Shown here in pieces: positions 63,009 through 64,000 of a DNA stretch of 64,000 bases (its first letter is position 1; each line of letters begins with the position of its first letter). The notes below the pieces were generated by a model that did no database searches, was not told the origin of the DNA, and saw only the letters and a program-made list of their open reading frames with translations. This DNA is from Eledone cirrhosa (taxonomy: Eukaryota). The stretch is taken from assembly GCA_964016885.1 (NCBI GenBank), contig OZ024742.1, positions 205,220,001-205,284,000 on the forward strand, in the 5' to 3' direction. Made by a program: the position numbers and the translations under genes.

Positions 63009-63010
<2 letters not shown>
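61232..63010 (-). mobile_element. Second Penelope-like element, 5'-truncated with an inverted pseudo-LTR tail
   Basis: ORF 61948-62751 has WYNPVYN, CNC..CPLNNQC and NIVY..YYVG (GIY-YIG); 61232-61275 is inverted at about 62847-62897; (TA)n on both flanks. Confidence 0.92.
61276..61392 (-). ncRNA. Type I hammerhead ribozyme in the Penelope 3' pseudo-LTR
   Basis: Minus strand AGGT-CTGATGA-cATGGTGTGT...ATACACTATa-GAAAC-AATT-GTT/ACCT. Confidence 0.85.
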
Positions 63011-63041
<31 letters not shown>

Positions 63042-64000
63042 TCTTACCAACGTATAGTCTTGGAATTGAATTGTTAAAAATAGCAACTGAGGAAGATAGC
63101 CAAATACTTTGACTTAACCAACTGCTTTCCTTTTGTGTTGGTCGCTGTCAAGACCTCTGGTGTCCTTGGTCTCCAAACTGCCATTTTCTTCTGCAAAATT
63201 GTGAGGTGTACATCCTGCTCGAGGAAGGAACCTCATGAAGTAGAGTGGCTGGTGGTCACTGCTGAGGTAAACTGGGGTGTTGTGTCTGTACCCTTTCTCC
63301 ATATTTTCACTATTTAATGTTTTTTTTCTTTATATTTTTTCATTGCAAACGTTTGATGTTGATGGTGAATTGGCATAGTCATTAGAATGACATAGAATGC
63401 TTTGCAGTATTCATTCTGGCTCTCTATATTCTGAGTTCAAATACTCCTTGGAGTCAGTTTTACCTGTTATCCTTTTGAGGTTGATAAAACAAGTACTAGT
63501 TTAGAACTGGATCGATTCTCTCTCACTCTTTCCTCTGTTAACTGTGGAGTGAGGATTGGCTTCACCAGGTTTAGACTCACTATAGCACCACCCCCTACGA
63601 CTCCATCAGGAGTCAAATAAAATTGATATTTATTTATAGATTGGGAAGTAAAGTAAAAGTTTTAAAAATATTCTTTCCTATTCGTCATTATTTATATCAT
63701 CACTATTGAACATCTAATTTCCATGCTTGCATGGGTTAGATGGGTTGTCATGTTATGAGAGAAGTTACGGCAGGTGACCATGTCTTGTTCATACAATAAA
63801 ACAAACTTAATATATTTTAGTGGTGTTGGTGGTGGTAATTTTGACAGTTTGGAAAAGGATGTAGTTGAGACTAGATTAACTATGTCACCCCCCTTTCCTT
63901 TTTAAGAGGGTAGGGTGTAATTTGGCTGCTATTTTTAGAAATATCAACCTTGTAGTGGCTCTCTGGTTTGTTTCAAGCCATCAAGATGTGATGTTAACTA

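Overview
This is AT-rich, repeat-dense eukaryotic DNA. The SINE, RTE and microsatellite content suggests a cephalopod such as Octopus, which is an inference from pattern recognition only. One host coding exon is supportable: a terminal exon at 35663-36673 encoding an RVxF-like motif plus ankyrin repeats, resembling PP1 regulatory subunits. A possible promoter and first exon lie near 59.3-59.4 kb. The rest is mostly decayed mobile DNA: a Gypsy element with nested solo LTRs and a tRNA-Trp PBS, Helitrons, two Penelope-like elements (PLEs), RTE, BovB-like and L1/Tx1-like LINEs, a mariner derivative, a long-TIR foldback element and many tRNA-SINEs. The strongest signal is non-coding. About a dozen complete type I hammerhead ribozyme (HHR) folds, plus several half-motifs, from at least seven sequence families sit in PLE pseudo-LTRs and in short ORF-less, often fold-back elements inserted in (TA)n tracts. 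They show stem covariation and non-canonical cores (a fixed CAGAAGA core and a U3-A8 covariant core). One is a 590-nt retrozyme-like repeat unit. All folds were read by eye, so coordinates may be off by a few nt and activity is untested.
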